Part shown: piece after piece, positions 45,839-55,168 of the stretch
Numbering within the stretch: the stretch's first letter is position 1
Layout: each line of letters opens with the position of its first letter
DNA from: a virus
DNA length: 64,000 nucleotides
Strand: one strand, 5' to 3'
Virus record (IMG/VR): IMGVR_UViG_3300027987_000368
Location: 16,844-80,843 of that record
The notes under the pieces: generated by a model
The model's input: only the letters and a program-made list of their open reading frames with translations
The model's database searches: none
Told to the model about the DNA's origin: nothing
Program-made: the position numbers and the translations under genes

Positions 45839-48171
45839 CGCTCGCCCCGAATATTCAGCTGCATGTGCTCGACGCCGACCTGCGCAGCCCGGGGCGCCAA
45901 CTCGACGCCGCGGCTCACGGCCGACTTGAGCTCGCGGATGTTTCCCGGCCACGGGTAGACCAGCATCGTTGCGATCGCGGTCTCGGTGAACGCCGGGTCC
46001 GCGGACTCGTAGCCGCGCGCGCTCGTGTAGTCCGCGTAGATCCCTTGGGCGATCGTCACGATGTCGGACTCGCGATCGCGCAGCGGGGGGATCTCGATCT
46101 CCACCTCCGCCAGCCGATAGAACAGATCAGGCCGCAGCACCCACTCGTCGCGGGCGTTGAGCGAGGTCGCCGACACGAGCCGGGCTTCGTGCGGCGCGGC
46201 CAGCACCCGCAGCAACGCGGACTGGACCTCGCGCGGCATGTCGCCGACCTCGTCCAAGAACAGGGTCCCGCCAGCAGCCGAGGCCAGGCCCTTCCGCAGC
46301 TGCTTCGCCGCGGCTGCGGGGTCGTCGGCGAGCTCGGCGCTGTTGATCGCCACGAACGGGCCGTCGCCGACGTGGAGCCCCCTGGCGATCCCCTCTTTGC
46401 CCGTGCCGGTCTCACCGAGCAGCAGCACCGCGAGACCGCTGTCGCGGACGCGCTCGAGCACCGCGAAGATCTCCCGCATTGCGTCGGACTCGCCCCACAC
46501 GTCGCCGAACTTCGTGGACTCGGACAGGCCGAGGTCGTCGAGGCGCTCGTCGGCGGCCTGCTCGAGCTGGGCCTGGGTCTTGCCCATGAGCGCCTCGGTC
46601 ACCTGGGACAAGTAGAACTTCCAGCGGCCGGCGATCACGTGCCCGCGGACCTTGCCGGCCTTCGCCATCTTGATCAGCGTGCTCGACGAGACATTGAACG
46701 GCCGGCTTGCCTGCGCCGCGCTGATCATGTCCTCGCCCTCGGGGTTGTCGAGGCCGGACGCCGTCGCCGCCTCGCGTGCTTGCTGTTCGCGCGTTTCCTT
46801 CGCTTCATAGTAGGCGTCGATGTCCGGGTAGTCCTCGCGCAGAGTTGGGTCACCCAGGATCACGTCGAGAGGCACGCCTGTTTTCACAGCATCCGCCGCG
46901 CGGGCATCGGCGTTGGCCTTCCGCTGCAGGGCTTTGTCCTTGCCGTTCGCCTCCTGAATATCGCCCATGGTGACGATGAACTGCGTCGGCACGATGAGGC
47001 TCTCGCCAGCCAGCTTCGCCTTGTAGACCTGAGCGGCGAGCGAGATCTCGCTCCCGCGGGTGATCGCCGGCACGACCATCTGCTCCGCCCACCCGGCGAC
47101 GAGATCGTAATAGGCGTCCATCGGCGCCGAGTTGTCGCCGAGGTTGCCTTCGGCCTCCATGATCAGGAGCTCCTTCGGCACGCCCGAGCTCGCGGCCGCG
47201 CGCAGCGCCTTGCGTTCTACGAGCTTGTCGAGGCCCGAGATGTTGCGCGAGACATCCCCCAGGTTGTCGTGCTCGTCCATCACGAGCAGGCCGTGGGCGC
47301 TCAAGCCCTCCAGTGCCTGCTCAATCCGCAGCGCAACCGCCACTCCCTGAGCGCTTTCTGGGTTCTCGGCGGCGAGCGCCCAACCACGGAGCCGAAGGTG
47401 CAGGATCGACAGCGTTCGGATTATCGCCGACACGTCGCACTCTACCTTCGTCCACTCGTTGAACGCCTGGTAGATGCCCTCCATCCAGCTCGGCGGCCAA
47501 CCCCTGTTCATCAGCATGATGATGCCGTCGGGCGTGTCGGTGGCCGTCATGATCGTCAGCCGCGATCGATGGATGAACCGGCGCTCCCCTGTTCGATACG
47601 TCTCGAACCACTCGGCGCTTTTCCAGTTATGGCCGTCCTTCGGTCGCAGGCTCCATGCCGTGTGGACGCGGACGCCCTTGTACGCACGCACGTTGGCCAG
47701 CTTGAGCGCCTCGCCATCGCGGTCGCTGTCGTCGACCACATGCTCGAGGATCCCGGCGCCGAAGACAAACGCCCATGTCGCGGCCAGGCGGCACGCGATC
47801 TTGAACTTCAGATCGTCGAGCTTCGAGATCGTCGGCGCCCAGTCGAAGTCGCGCACATCGGTGTGCGTGTACTTGTGACCGGGCTTGGTCATCAGCATCG
47901 CGAAGCGGCCGATCATCTGCCGCGCGACGCCGTTCGAGATGTACCAGGCGTAGGCGGCCTCGCCGAACATCCAGCCGGGCAAACCCACCGGCGCCTCGCC
48001 GCGCAGGACCGCCGCGATGTCGCCGAGTCCGGCCTGCGAAAGATGATCGGTTCGAGCGGTTCGAGCGGCGCCTGAATTGTCGCTGCGTGGCTTGCTTGAC
48101 GACGAGCGCTTCGACGGCGAGCGCTTCGCGGCCGGTCGTTTTCCGCCAGACCGTTTGCTGCTCCGGCTCAT
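45835..48171 (-). CDS. Portal protein (DUF1073 type) fused to excisionase-type HTH and sigma54-activator-like AAA+ domain
   Basis: Follows TerL; YISNGVARQMI, FGAG, IHRSRL, SGLDKL..AASSGVPKELL, YYDLV (portal); GETGTGKE, GGTLFLDEVGDM, RPDLFYRL, PPLRDR, YPWPGNIREL (bEBP). Confidence 0.88.
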   Translation of the reverse strand: MSRSSKRSGGKRPAAKRSPSKRSSSSKPRSDNSGAARTARTDHLSQAGLGDIAAVLRGEAPVGLPGWMFGEAAYAWYISNGVARQMIGRFAMLMTKPGHKYTHTDVRDFDWAPTISKLDDLKFKIACRLAATWAFVFGAGILEHVVDDSDRDGEALKLANVRAYKGVRVHTAWSLRPKDGHNWKSAEWFETYRTGERRFIHRSRLTIMTATDTPDGIIMLMNRGWPPSWMEGIYQAFNEWTKVECDVSAIIRTLSILHLRLRGWALAAENPESAQGVAVALRIEQALEGLSAHGLLVMDEHDNLGDVSRNISGLDKLVERKALRAAASSGVPKELLIMEAEGNLGDNSAPMDAYYDLVAGWAEQMVVPAITRGSEISLAAQVYKAKLAGESLIVPTQFIVTMGDIQEANGKDKALQRKANADARAADAVKTGVPLDVILGDPTLREDYPDIDAYYEAKETREQQAREAATASGLDNPEGEDMISAAQASRPFNVSSSTLIKMAKAGKVRGHVIAGRWKFYLSQVTEALMGKTQAQLEQAADERLDDLGLSESTKFGDVWGESDAMREIFAVLERVRDSGLAVLLLGETGTGKEGIARGLHVGDGPFVAINSAELADDPAAAAKQLRKGLASAAGGTLFLDEVGDMPREVQSALLRVLAAPHEARLVSATSLNARDEWVLRPDLFYRLAEVEIEIPPLRDRESDIVTIAQGIYADYTSARGYESADPAFTETAIATMLVYPWPGNIRELKSAVSRGVELAPRAAQVGVEHMQLNIRGER

Positions 48172-49763
48172 GGCCGCCTCCGCGGAAACAGGGATTTCTT
48201 TGATCGTCGGACGTCGGACATTTGGACCACCTGGCCGTCAGTATCAATCGAGTGCTCGAAGTGAGCAAGCGCGTACGCAGCATCGGCGTGCCGCTGCTGG
48301 CCGCGGTCGGTCCTGCGCTGCGGAGCGTAGATGCCGGTGCCCCTGCGCTTGAGCGATGTCAGGTCGTCGGCCAGGTCTCGGCCGTGCCGCGGAAGCGCGA
48401 GCTCGCCGTGCTCTAGCTTCGAGCGCACCCGGATGAATGCGCTGTCCGGTAGCCGCATCGTCACCACCATCTTGCCGCGGGTCATGTCCTTCGCCCGCTC
48501 GGCGCTGCTCAAGCCGAGGCCATTTCCGTCGCCAGAGCCCGAGCGAAGCCGCGTCAGGAGCGGCCAGCAATAGTCCGCGATCTGGTCCTGCACGGTCGAC
48601 GGCACCTTCTCGCACTCGATGACGAGCCGCGGAACGCGTCGGTTGAGCGAGCTGTTGGTGCCGATGAATTTGCAGCTGATGTCCCCGGTGCGGCCGTAGT
48701 CGTCACCGACGTGGATGTCGAGCCCGAGCTGGTTGATGGCCATGAGCAGCGGCGCAAGGTGGTTGTCGAGCCAGCTCCTGACCAGCTGCTCGCGCTCCTG
48801 GGGCGTCGCTACGTCGTCCAGCTGCTCGGTGGGCAGGGGCCAGGGCTTTTCGGCGGACTCGACCAGGTCCCCGTTGATCCACATCCTCGGCTCCGCGCCG
48901 CCGCAGATCTCGACGATCGGGCACTCGGTGGGCGACAAGATCTGCGCGGCCAAGACGATCGCTCGCCCAATCAGCTGGTTGCTCGCGCCGGCGACGATGC
49001 CGAGGAACTCCTCGTCGAACACGTCCTGATTTTCGTGGCGGATCTGCGCGACCCAGGCGTCCTCGCGCTCCTGCGTCCAGCGGATCGGCGGGCGGCTGAT
49101 CCGGCAGATCCGCTTGTAGAGTCCGAGCTTCAGGGCCTCGGGAAAGAACACGGAGTGGAGCGAGGCGAAGGGCTTGCCCTCCGCGATGGCCGCCTTGACC
49201 CGCTGGACGTAGCGATAGAACCCGCTGTCGGTTCCGTGATGTGTGCTGAGTATGGCGCGGCGTCCGCCCCAGATGGAGATCGCGCTCGACGCCTTGAGCC
49301 ACGCAGTGAGGTCGACGTGCGCCGCTTCGTCGCAGATCGCAAGGCACCGCTTTTTGCCACGCATGCGGGCGGGGCGGTTCGGCAGCGCGTAGATGAAGCC
49401 GCCGCTGGGGAAGCGGATCCGGTAGGTCTGGATCGCCACCGGGTCGTGGACTTCATCGATCCAGTCAAATTCTTCGACCTCCGGGGTCGCGCGCATGATC
49501 GGCGCGAAGCGGTCCACCCATGCCGCGCACTCGAGGATGAAGCCGCGCGCGTCGTCCTGGCTGGTCGTCATGAAGTAGCAGTCCAGCCCGCCATCGCTCT
49601 TACGCGTCGATGCGACCGTCACGGCCTCGCACGCGGAAGCCCAGGTGTAGCCCTCCTGCCTGCCCTTCTCGGCGACCTTGATCGGCGAGGTATCCCAGCA
49701 CCACGCGGCCTGGTTGGGCAGCAGCACGTACTCGTCGGCGTCGACGCGGGGTCCTCCGTCCAC
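48168..49763 (-). CDS. terL: Terminase large subunit (Mu gp28-like)
   Basis: LLPNQ..W..D.S..KVAEKGRQEGYTWA, CDEAAH (Walker B), LSTHHG, FDEEF, GDDYGRTGD, DGNGLG, HADAAYALA. Confidence 0.9.
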   Translation of the reverse strand: MDGGPRVDADEYVLLPNQAAWCWDTSPIKVAEKGRQEGYTWASACEAVTVASTRKSDGGLDCYFMTTSQDDARGFILECAAWVDRFAPIMRATPEVEEFDWIDEVHDPVAIQTYRIRFPSGGFIYALPNRPARMRGKKRCLAICDEAAHVDLTAWLKASSAISIWGGRRAILSTHHGTDSGFYRYVQRVKAAIAEGKPFASLHSVFFPEALKLGLYKRICRISRPPIRWTQEREDAWVAQIRHENQDVFDEEFLGIVAGASNQLIGRAIVLAAQILSPTECPIVEICGGAEPRMWINGDLVESAEKPWPLPTEQLDDVATPQEREQLVRSWLDNHLAPLLMAINQLGLDIHVGDDYGRTGDISCKFIGTNSSLNRRVPRLVIECEKVPSTVQDQIADYCWPLLTRLRSGSGDGNGLGLSSAERAKDMTRGKMVVTMRLPDSAFIRVRSKLEHGELALPRHGRDLADDLTSLKRRGTGIYAPQRRTDRGQQRHADAAYALAHFEHSIDTDGQVVQMSDVRRSKKSLFPRRRP

Positions 49764-49818
49764 GCTAACAGAGTAGCACGGGCTTGCTGTCGGCCGCGGC
49801 GTAGGCCACGATCTGGGC

Positions 49819-50916
49819 ATGCAAGTCATCCTCGGTCCGACCGTAGTTGCTGATAAATTTGGGCCCGGGCTCAACGGCTTCAAGGGCTCGATCCCACCGC
49901 TGCCGCCGCCGACGGAGCTGACCCCCGAGTGGTTCGACGCCGTCCAGATGGAGCTCGTCAACATCTTGGTCAGCCAAGGGATCGCGCTCGACGGGTTGCA
50001 GTTCGACCAGATCGCGCAGGCGCTGGCGAACTGGAACTTCGTGGGTGACGTGCTGATCGCTAGTGGTGGAACGTTGACGGTCGATGGCGACGCGACCGTG
50101 GCTGCGGGAGGAACGTTCACCTGTGACGCCGGTTCGACGTTCGCGGTCAACTCCAGCACGCCGACCTTCGGAGCATTCAGCGAAGTCAGCATGCTCGGTG
50201 ACGTAATCATCGGCACCGACGACGGCAATATGCTCACGGTGAATGCGACGTCTGCATTTCAGGGACCAGTGTCGTTTATTGTGGGACAGACTGTCACAGC
50301 CAACGGTCCATTCGTCGCAGAGGGAACAGTATCGATCAATGACGCAATGTCTGTGCTAGGTGTCAATGGCGGGTCTATGGATAGCGATTCTGCCGCTGTA
50401 ATGACGTGGAACGGGACAGCTAGTTTCACCAGCAGGCTACGAGTCAACTCGTCAATCATGTCCGCAGTTGGAGACTTTGGACGCAGCGGCGCCAATATGC
50501 TTTGGTACACGGGCACCGCTACATTTTATGGTCACACCAGTGCCGATGGCTGGGTGAAGGGATACGGCGTATATGACACCGTAGCAGCAGCACCTACGGC
50601 GACCGCTGACACCTTTGTTGCAGTGGCGCCCCCGGTCGCCGCCGACCTAGATGTTCATGTGACCTGTTGGGTCCAACGAGCCGTAGCGGGAGATGTAACA
50701 GTTGCTCTAAATGAGGTTGGTGGCGTGGGCCAGATTGGCACCTCTACGGACATCGCGGCGCCAGTCACTGGGACATCGACATATCAGGTTGTTTCATTCT
50801 CACGCCGCAGGGTTTCCGCTGATACCACACCACGGATCTACCAGTTGAGCGTTGGTGGCAACGGCCAAAATGTCAACCTGAAGAACGTTAGGATTACTGT
50901 CGAGCCTGTTCGCTAG
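49819..50916 (+). CDS. Tail fibre / receptor-binding protein
   Basis: N-terminal DKFGPGLNGF...TELTPEWFDAVQMELVNI..GI.LD...QI..A is the baseplate-attachment domain of fibres that follow DUF2313; lower-GC 3' half. Confidence 0.8.
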   Translation: MQVILGPTVVADKFGPGLNGFKGSIPPLPPPTELTPEWFDAVQMELVNILVSQGIALDGLQFDQIAQALANWNFVGDVLIASGGTLTVDGDATVAAGGTFTCDAGSTFAVNSSTPTFGAFSEVSMLGDVIIGTDDGNMLTVNATSAFQGPVSFIVGQTVTANGPFVAEGTVSINDAMSVLGVNGGSMDSDSAAVMTWNGTASFTSRLRVNSSIMSAVGDFGRSGANMLWYTGTATFYGHTSADGWVKGYGVYDTVAAAPTATADTFVAVAPPVAADLDVHVTCWVQRAVAGDVTVALNEVGGVGQIGTSTDIAAPVTGTSTYQVVSFSRRRVSADTTPRIYQLSVGGNGQNVNLKNVRITVEPVR

Positions 50917-51470
50917 TTCGGCCAGGCGCAGAATCCATTGACGGTGACGCCGAACGGCGAACACGTGAGGTGCTCGCACGTGTCGTCACCTTGTGTGCAC
51001 GGAGTAACGCAGCCGCCGTTTACCATGATCCCAAACTCACCGAGCACTGAATCTGTCAAGCATGGGTCTGACACGGTCACGTGAGCGCAAATGTTGGCAT
51101 CCGTCCCGTTGGCAGATACGCACGTCAAGCCGGGCTCGCACACCAAGCCGGGCTCGCACGCACAGTTGAGCTGACCATCTGGACATAACCCGCAAACTCC
51201 GCCCATGCAAGCCAGGCCATCAGAGCATTGCCCCTGAGCACACTCACATCCGTTCCCATCGCAGTTCCCATCGCCATCGCCATCGCCGTCGCCCGGTTCC
51301 GGCGCGCACTCTGGCACAGGCGGGTCTCCGCCTGTGGTCGTGTCGCCGCCCGTGGTCGTGTTGCCGCCCGTCGAGTCGCTTTCTCCATCACTGCTAATAT
51401 CGCCCATTTGACCTGGGCCACATGCGAGTGACGAAATGGTGAAGATATATATGATTGACGTTTTGCGCAT
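50913..51470 (-). CDS. Cys-rich lipoprotein with GDGDGD tract
   Basis: Signal peptide with lipobox SLA-C; T/G/D linker; many Cys. Confidence 0.75.
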   Translation of the reverse strand: MRKTSIIYIFTISSLACGPGQMGDISSDGESDSTGGNTTTGGDTTTGGDPPVPECAPEPGDGDGDGDGNCDGNGCECAQGQCSDGLACMGGVCGLCPDGQLNCACEPGLVCEPGLTCVSANGTDANICAHVTVSDPCLTDSVLGEFGIMVNGGCVTPCTQGDDTCEHLTCSPFGVTVNGFCAWPN

Positions 51471-51506
51471 TGTCTTTTTCGTTTCTAGTGGTGTTAGGTC
51501 AGTCGG

Positions 51507-51926
51507 TCATCCTAGAGGCCATCCGCACGCGCCACCAGCTATTGGGCATTCCATGCCTCCGTCGCAGTCTCCTGGTTGAAAACACGCAGGCGCGCACTCC
51601 CCATCAACGACCTCGATGGGATTGGACGTGTCCGGCGAGGGCTCGAGCCCATCGCACTGCGGGTCCACATCCGACAGCACGCACAGCGTGCTCATGTCGA
51701 CAGCCTTGCCCAAGTCCTGGACTAGGCACTCCAACTTCACACCGCACCAGGTTCGGCAAACCTCGTCTGGGCATGGACCCCAAAGTTGGCCGGGCCCGCC
51801 GACCTCTCCATCGTTGAACTCAGGGCAAACGCCGCCGCTGTCAACGACGTTGAAGCGAAGTGTCTCATCCTCCATTGGGATACACGCAAACAGAAGAAAA
51901 GCAGCTGTTAGAACGTATGGTTTCAT
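51507..51926 (-). CDS. Cys-rich lipoprotein
   Basis: MKPYVLTAAFLLFA-C lipobox; many Cys. Confidence 0.7.
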   Translation of the reverse strand: MKPYVLTAAFLLFACIPMEDETLRFNVVDSGGVCPEFNDGEVGGPGQLWGPCPDEVCRTWCGVKLECLVQDLGKAVDMSTLCVLSDVDPQCDGLEPSPDTSNPIEVVDGECAPACFQPGDCDGGMECPIAGGACGWPLG

Positions 51927-52074
51927 CGCGCGTTTCTATGTAACGATTAGCTGCGTGTCAAGAGGAAACGAAGAAATTATTTGCGTCTGCTAGTGCGCAA
52001 ATGCCTCTTTTGGTGCGCGGAATACGAATCATGTCGCAGCGACAGCCGACGTCACGACGTGGTCATCGCTGCAG

Positions 52075-53178
52075 TTATAGTTCACCACTCGGGACATCGT
52101 TCCATCCGTCACTCACGAGCGCCAACCTGCTCTCGAGCTCCGTGATCTCAGCATCCCACTGCGCCCCGCCAGCCACGCGCAGGCTCAGCTCGTCGACGTA
52201 TGCCGCCGGCAGTCCAGACGCACTCGCCCGCGCGCGCGCGTCGGCCGAGAGCTTTGCGCCAACAACGTCGAGAACGAGCTTGTCGATGCCCACGATCTCG
52301 ACGATGAGGTCAACACGCTTGGGACGCAACAAGGCCGGCCGGATCGGACGCAGCGAATTCGCGGTCATGATGACCAGCGGGATCGTCCTCCTGGTGACCT
52401 CCAGCGCCGATAGCAACATCGAACCAGCTGCTCGGTGCACCTTGAGCGCGTGGTCGAGGTCGTCAACGATCAGCGCTCCAGGACGCAGCGACATCGCCAC
52501 ATCCCAGGCGGCCCGGCGCGAGCTCGCTGATGCGTCTAGGACGATGTACGACCCACCGATCCGCTCTGCCAGCTGGCGAGCAAGACCTGTTTTTCCAGTC
52601 CCCGAAGGGCCCAACAGCAGCACCGACCGAGGGCCGTGCGCTATCTCGCAGCGAAGCTTGGCCTCGAGGTCTTGCCCCGCTGAGCTCATCACGTCGAGCG
52701 GGCTAGGCTCAGTGGAGATCGACCACTCGTTCTCGTACTCGCCGCCATGGAGCGCAAGCCGTGCCTCGCCGCGAAACGCCGCGGCCGTGACCACGTGCTG
52801 TGCCAGCTCGTCGAGCGGAACGCTTGAACGAAACTCAGACCACGACCCAGGCCGCGCCCAAGCGACAAGCGCACCCGCGACATCGCGCACAACCAAGCGA
52901 CCATCGGCGACCGGAATGCTCGCCACAATGTCGCCGAACTTCTCGGAGAGCGTACGTAGCACCGAGCTGTCGATCTCGTGCCATCGATCCCAGGTGTCAC
53001 GCAGCCACGCATGATGTATGTGGTCCCTAATTGCTTCGAGCGATGGCTTCGGAGTCCTCATGACCCTGGCCGCGAGGGAGCCTTGGTCGAACACCTGGCT
53101 GAATGCAGAAGCGATAGATGCCCACTCGATCCCGATATTCAGCCGCTCGATCATCTTCGCCCTGCGTGCGCCAGACAT
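52075..53178 (-). CDS. AAA+ ATPase
   Basis: LLGPSGTGKT, LIVDDLD, IMTAN, ALLRPKRVD. Confidence 0.85.
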   Translation of the reverse strand: MSGARRAKMIERLNIGIEWASIASAFSQVFDQGSLAARVMRTPKPSLEAIRDHIHHAWLRDTWDRWHEIDSSVLRTLSEKFGDIVASIPVADGRLVVRDVAGALVAWARPGSWSEFRSSVPLDELAQHVVTAAAFRGEARLALHGGEYENEWSISTEPSPLDVMSSAGQDLEAKLRCEIAHGPRSVLLLGPSGTGKTGLARQLAERIGGSYIVLDASASSRRAAWDVAMSLRPGALIVDDLDHALKVHRAAGSMLLSALEVTRRTIPLVIMTANSLRPIRPALLRPKRVDLIVEIVGIDKLVLDVVGAKLSADARARASASGLPAAYVDELSLRVAGGAQWDAEITELESRLALVSDGWNDVPSGEL

Positions 53179-53379
53179 CGCTATCCCCGAACGCTCGAGT
53201 TAGTGCTGGGACCGGGATGCCTGCGGTTGCCATGGCCATCGCAGTCAGGCGCATGCGGAATCGGCTTGGCCGAAACCAGATCCGCCAACAGGGAAGGAGA
53301 CAGCGGGCGCGTCCATGTCGCGCAGTCGCAGACAATCTGTCCGCTATCGTCGATGCTCCATCCAGGAGCGAGTTTATGG

Positions 53380-53781
<402 letters not shown>

Positions 53782-53823
53782 GGTGACGACCTCAATGACA
53801 CACGAGCAACGTATATTCCATGA

Positions 53824-54174
53824 TTACCTCGAAGCGAGAACGAGCTGATCGAGCGTGCTGTCGGGCTCGACACCGGCCAGCATGGACTCGGAGATCATCG
53901 CCTCGACCTCGCTGTTCGACAGCTGCAAAAACCTCGCGATCACGCGGGCGCGACCCATGAGCTCGCGCAGCTGCGCCACCATCCTGAGCTCGAACGCCGG
54001 AGCCGCGTCAGCCATGACCAGCGACACGAATGTCAGGCCGAACGCCTCGATGATGATCCGATACATCGGCGCCGCGATTTGGTCCGGCTGCTCGAGCAGC
54101 ATCGTGCTCCTGAGATTGATCGCGCCCGAGTAGACAGTCACGATGCGGACGGGTAGCTGATGACGGGTGGCCAT
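53824..54174 (-). CDS. Hypothetical protein
   Basis: ORF with natural composition. Confidence 0.45.
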   Translation of the reverse strand: MATRHQLPVRIVTVYSGAINLRSTMLLEQPDQIAAPMYRIIIEAFGLTFVSLVMADAAPAFELRMVAQLRELMGRARVIARFLQLSNSEVEAMISESMLAGVEPDSTLDQLVLASR

Positions 54175-54208
54175 GCGCGCACGACCGATCCGGCTCAGAT
54201 CGGATTCC

Positions 54209-54244
54209 AAAAAACGCGGCTGCCGGGTATTTCCGACAGCCGCG
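54209..54244 (-). terminator. Intrinsic terminator
   Basis: CGCGGCTGTCGG-AAATAC-CCGGCAGCCGCG-TTTTTT on the minus strand. Confidence 0.75.
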
Positions 54245-54291
54245 GTGACCAGACTTGACCGGTGGTGACCGCCACCAGTCCACCTATACAG

Positions 54292-54320
54292 AGGTTACCC
54301 GCGTTCTTCGCCGCGGGCAA
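54292..54320 (-). promoter_or_regulatory. sigma70-like promoter of a putative short RNA
   Basis: TTGCCC-17 nt-TAACCT. Confidence 0.4.
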
Positions 54321-54322
54321 GA

Positions 54323-54682
54323 TCAGTGGACGACGCCAGCTGGTCCCGCGGGATGACCCAGTTCGGCGGCGATGTCGAGCGCGCGAGCGAGGTGTTTGGT
54401 CTCCGAGCCCGGCGAACCCAGCTGCATGGTCTCGTGCTGAGCGAGGTGACGCGCGAGCGCGGCGACCCGATCGTTGTGTGCGGCCGCCGCCAGCTCGAGG
54501 TGCTGGTGAGCCGCCGCTTCGTTGGCTGACGCGCAGCACTCGTCGAGCGCATCTACCAGCTCGCCGATCTCGGTGTCGGCAGCTCGAAGCACCCTCACCA
54601 AGTCGTTGGCCGCACCAGCGCAGCCGCAGCCGCGCAGCAGAGCTGGAAGCGCGTGGTACAGGACCTTGCTGTATGCGGACAT
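54323..54682 (-). CDS. Hypothetical helical protein
   Basis: 119-aa ORF. Confidence 0.45.
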   Translation of the reverse strand: MSAYSKVLYHALPALLRGCGCAGAANDLVRVLRAADTEIGELVDALDECCASANEAAAHQHLELAAAAHNDRVAALARHLAQHETMQLGSPGSETKHLARALDIAAELGHPAGPAGVVH

Positions 54683-54916
54683 GGCGGAGATAAGATGGTC
54701 AGCTTGCACGCGGAGCTCCACCGAGCAGCTGCTGGAATGATTCCAGCGCCAGCGCGCACGAGCAGCTCGACGAGCGGCCGACGCTTGGTCACCCGCCCGC
54801 GGCTGCCGTCTCGGGCCAGGCTGACCCGCGATGCTGAACTCGAGCAGCTGGCGAATGCCGCGAACGGACGAACGCGCAGTTGGGAAGCGAGCAGCCGGAT
54901 CGCGGGTAGTACTCGC

Positions 54917-55168
54917 ATGTCCGAATTTCACCAGGCTCTCGACCTCATCCTGCACCGTCAACCATCCGCACCAGAGGAACTCACCGACATTGAGCGCGGT
55001 CTTCTCGTTCGCGTTTCCGCGCTTGTCGATGCCAATGCAGCCCTCCTCGACAAGCTCGTCGCCGAGCGTCAGACCACGATCGTCGACATCCGCAACGAGG
55101 CCGTGGTCGAGTTCCTGGCCTACTCGAACCCAGGCGTGCTCGTCAGCATCATGGGGCCGCCATGCTGA
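54917..55168 (+). CDS. Hypothetical protein
   Basis: First ORF of the plus-strand coupled chain. Confidence 0.45.
   Translation: MSEFHQALDLILHRQPSAPEELTDIERGLLVRVSALVDANAALLDKLVAERQTTIVDIRNEAVVEFLAYSNPGVLVSIMGPPC

Noticed and set aside
45010-48075. 1021-aa plus-strand ORF
   Set aside because: Antisense shadow of the portal, kinase and XRE genes in high-GC DNA; no motifs
46800-48171. Calling the DUF1073 protein an Acb1 anti-CBASS nuclease
   Set aside because: No 2H-phosphoesterase domain with paired HxT/S motifs was seen; the cargo is HTH plus AAA+
49764-50237. N-terminal extension of TerL given in the ORF track
   Set aside because: It is antisense to the tail fibre; TerL motifs begin just after the GTG at 49763
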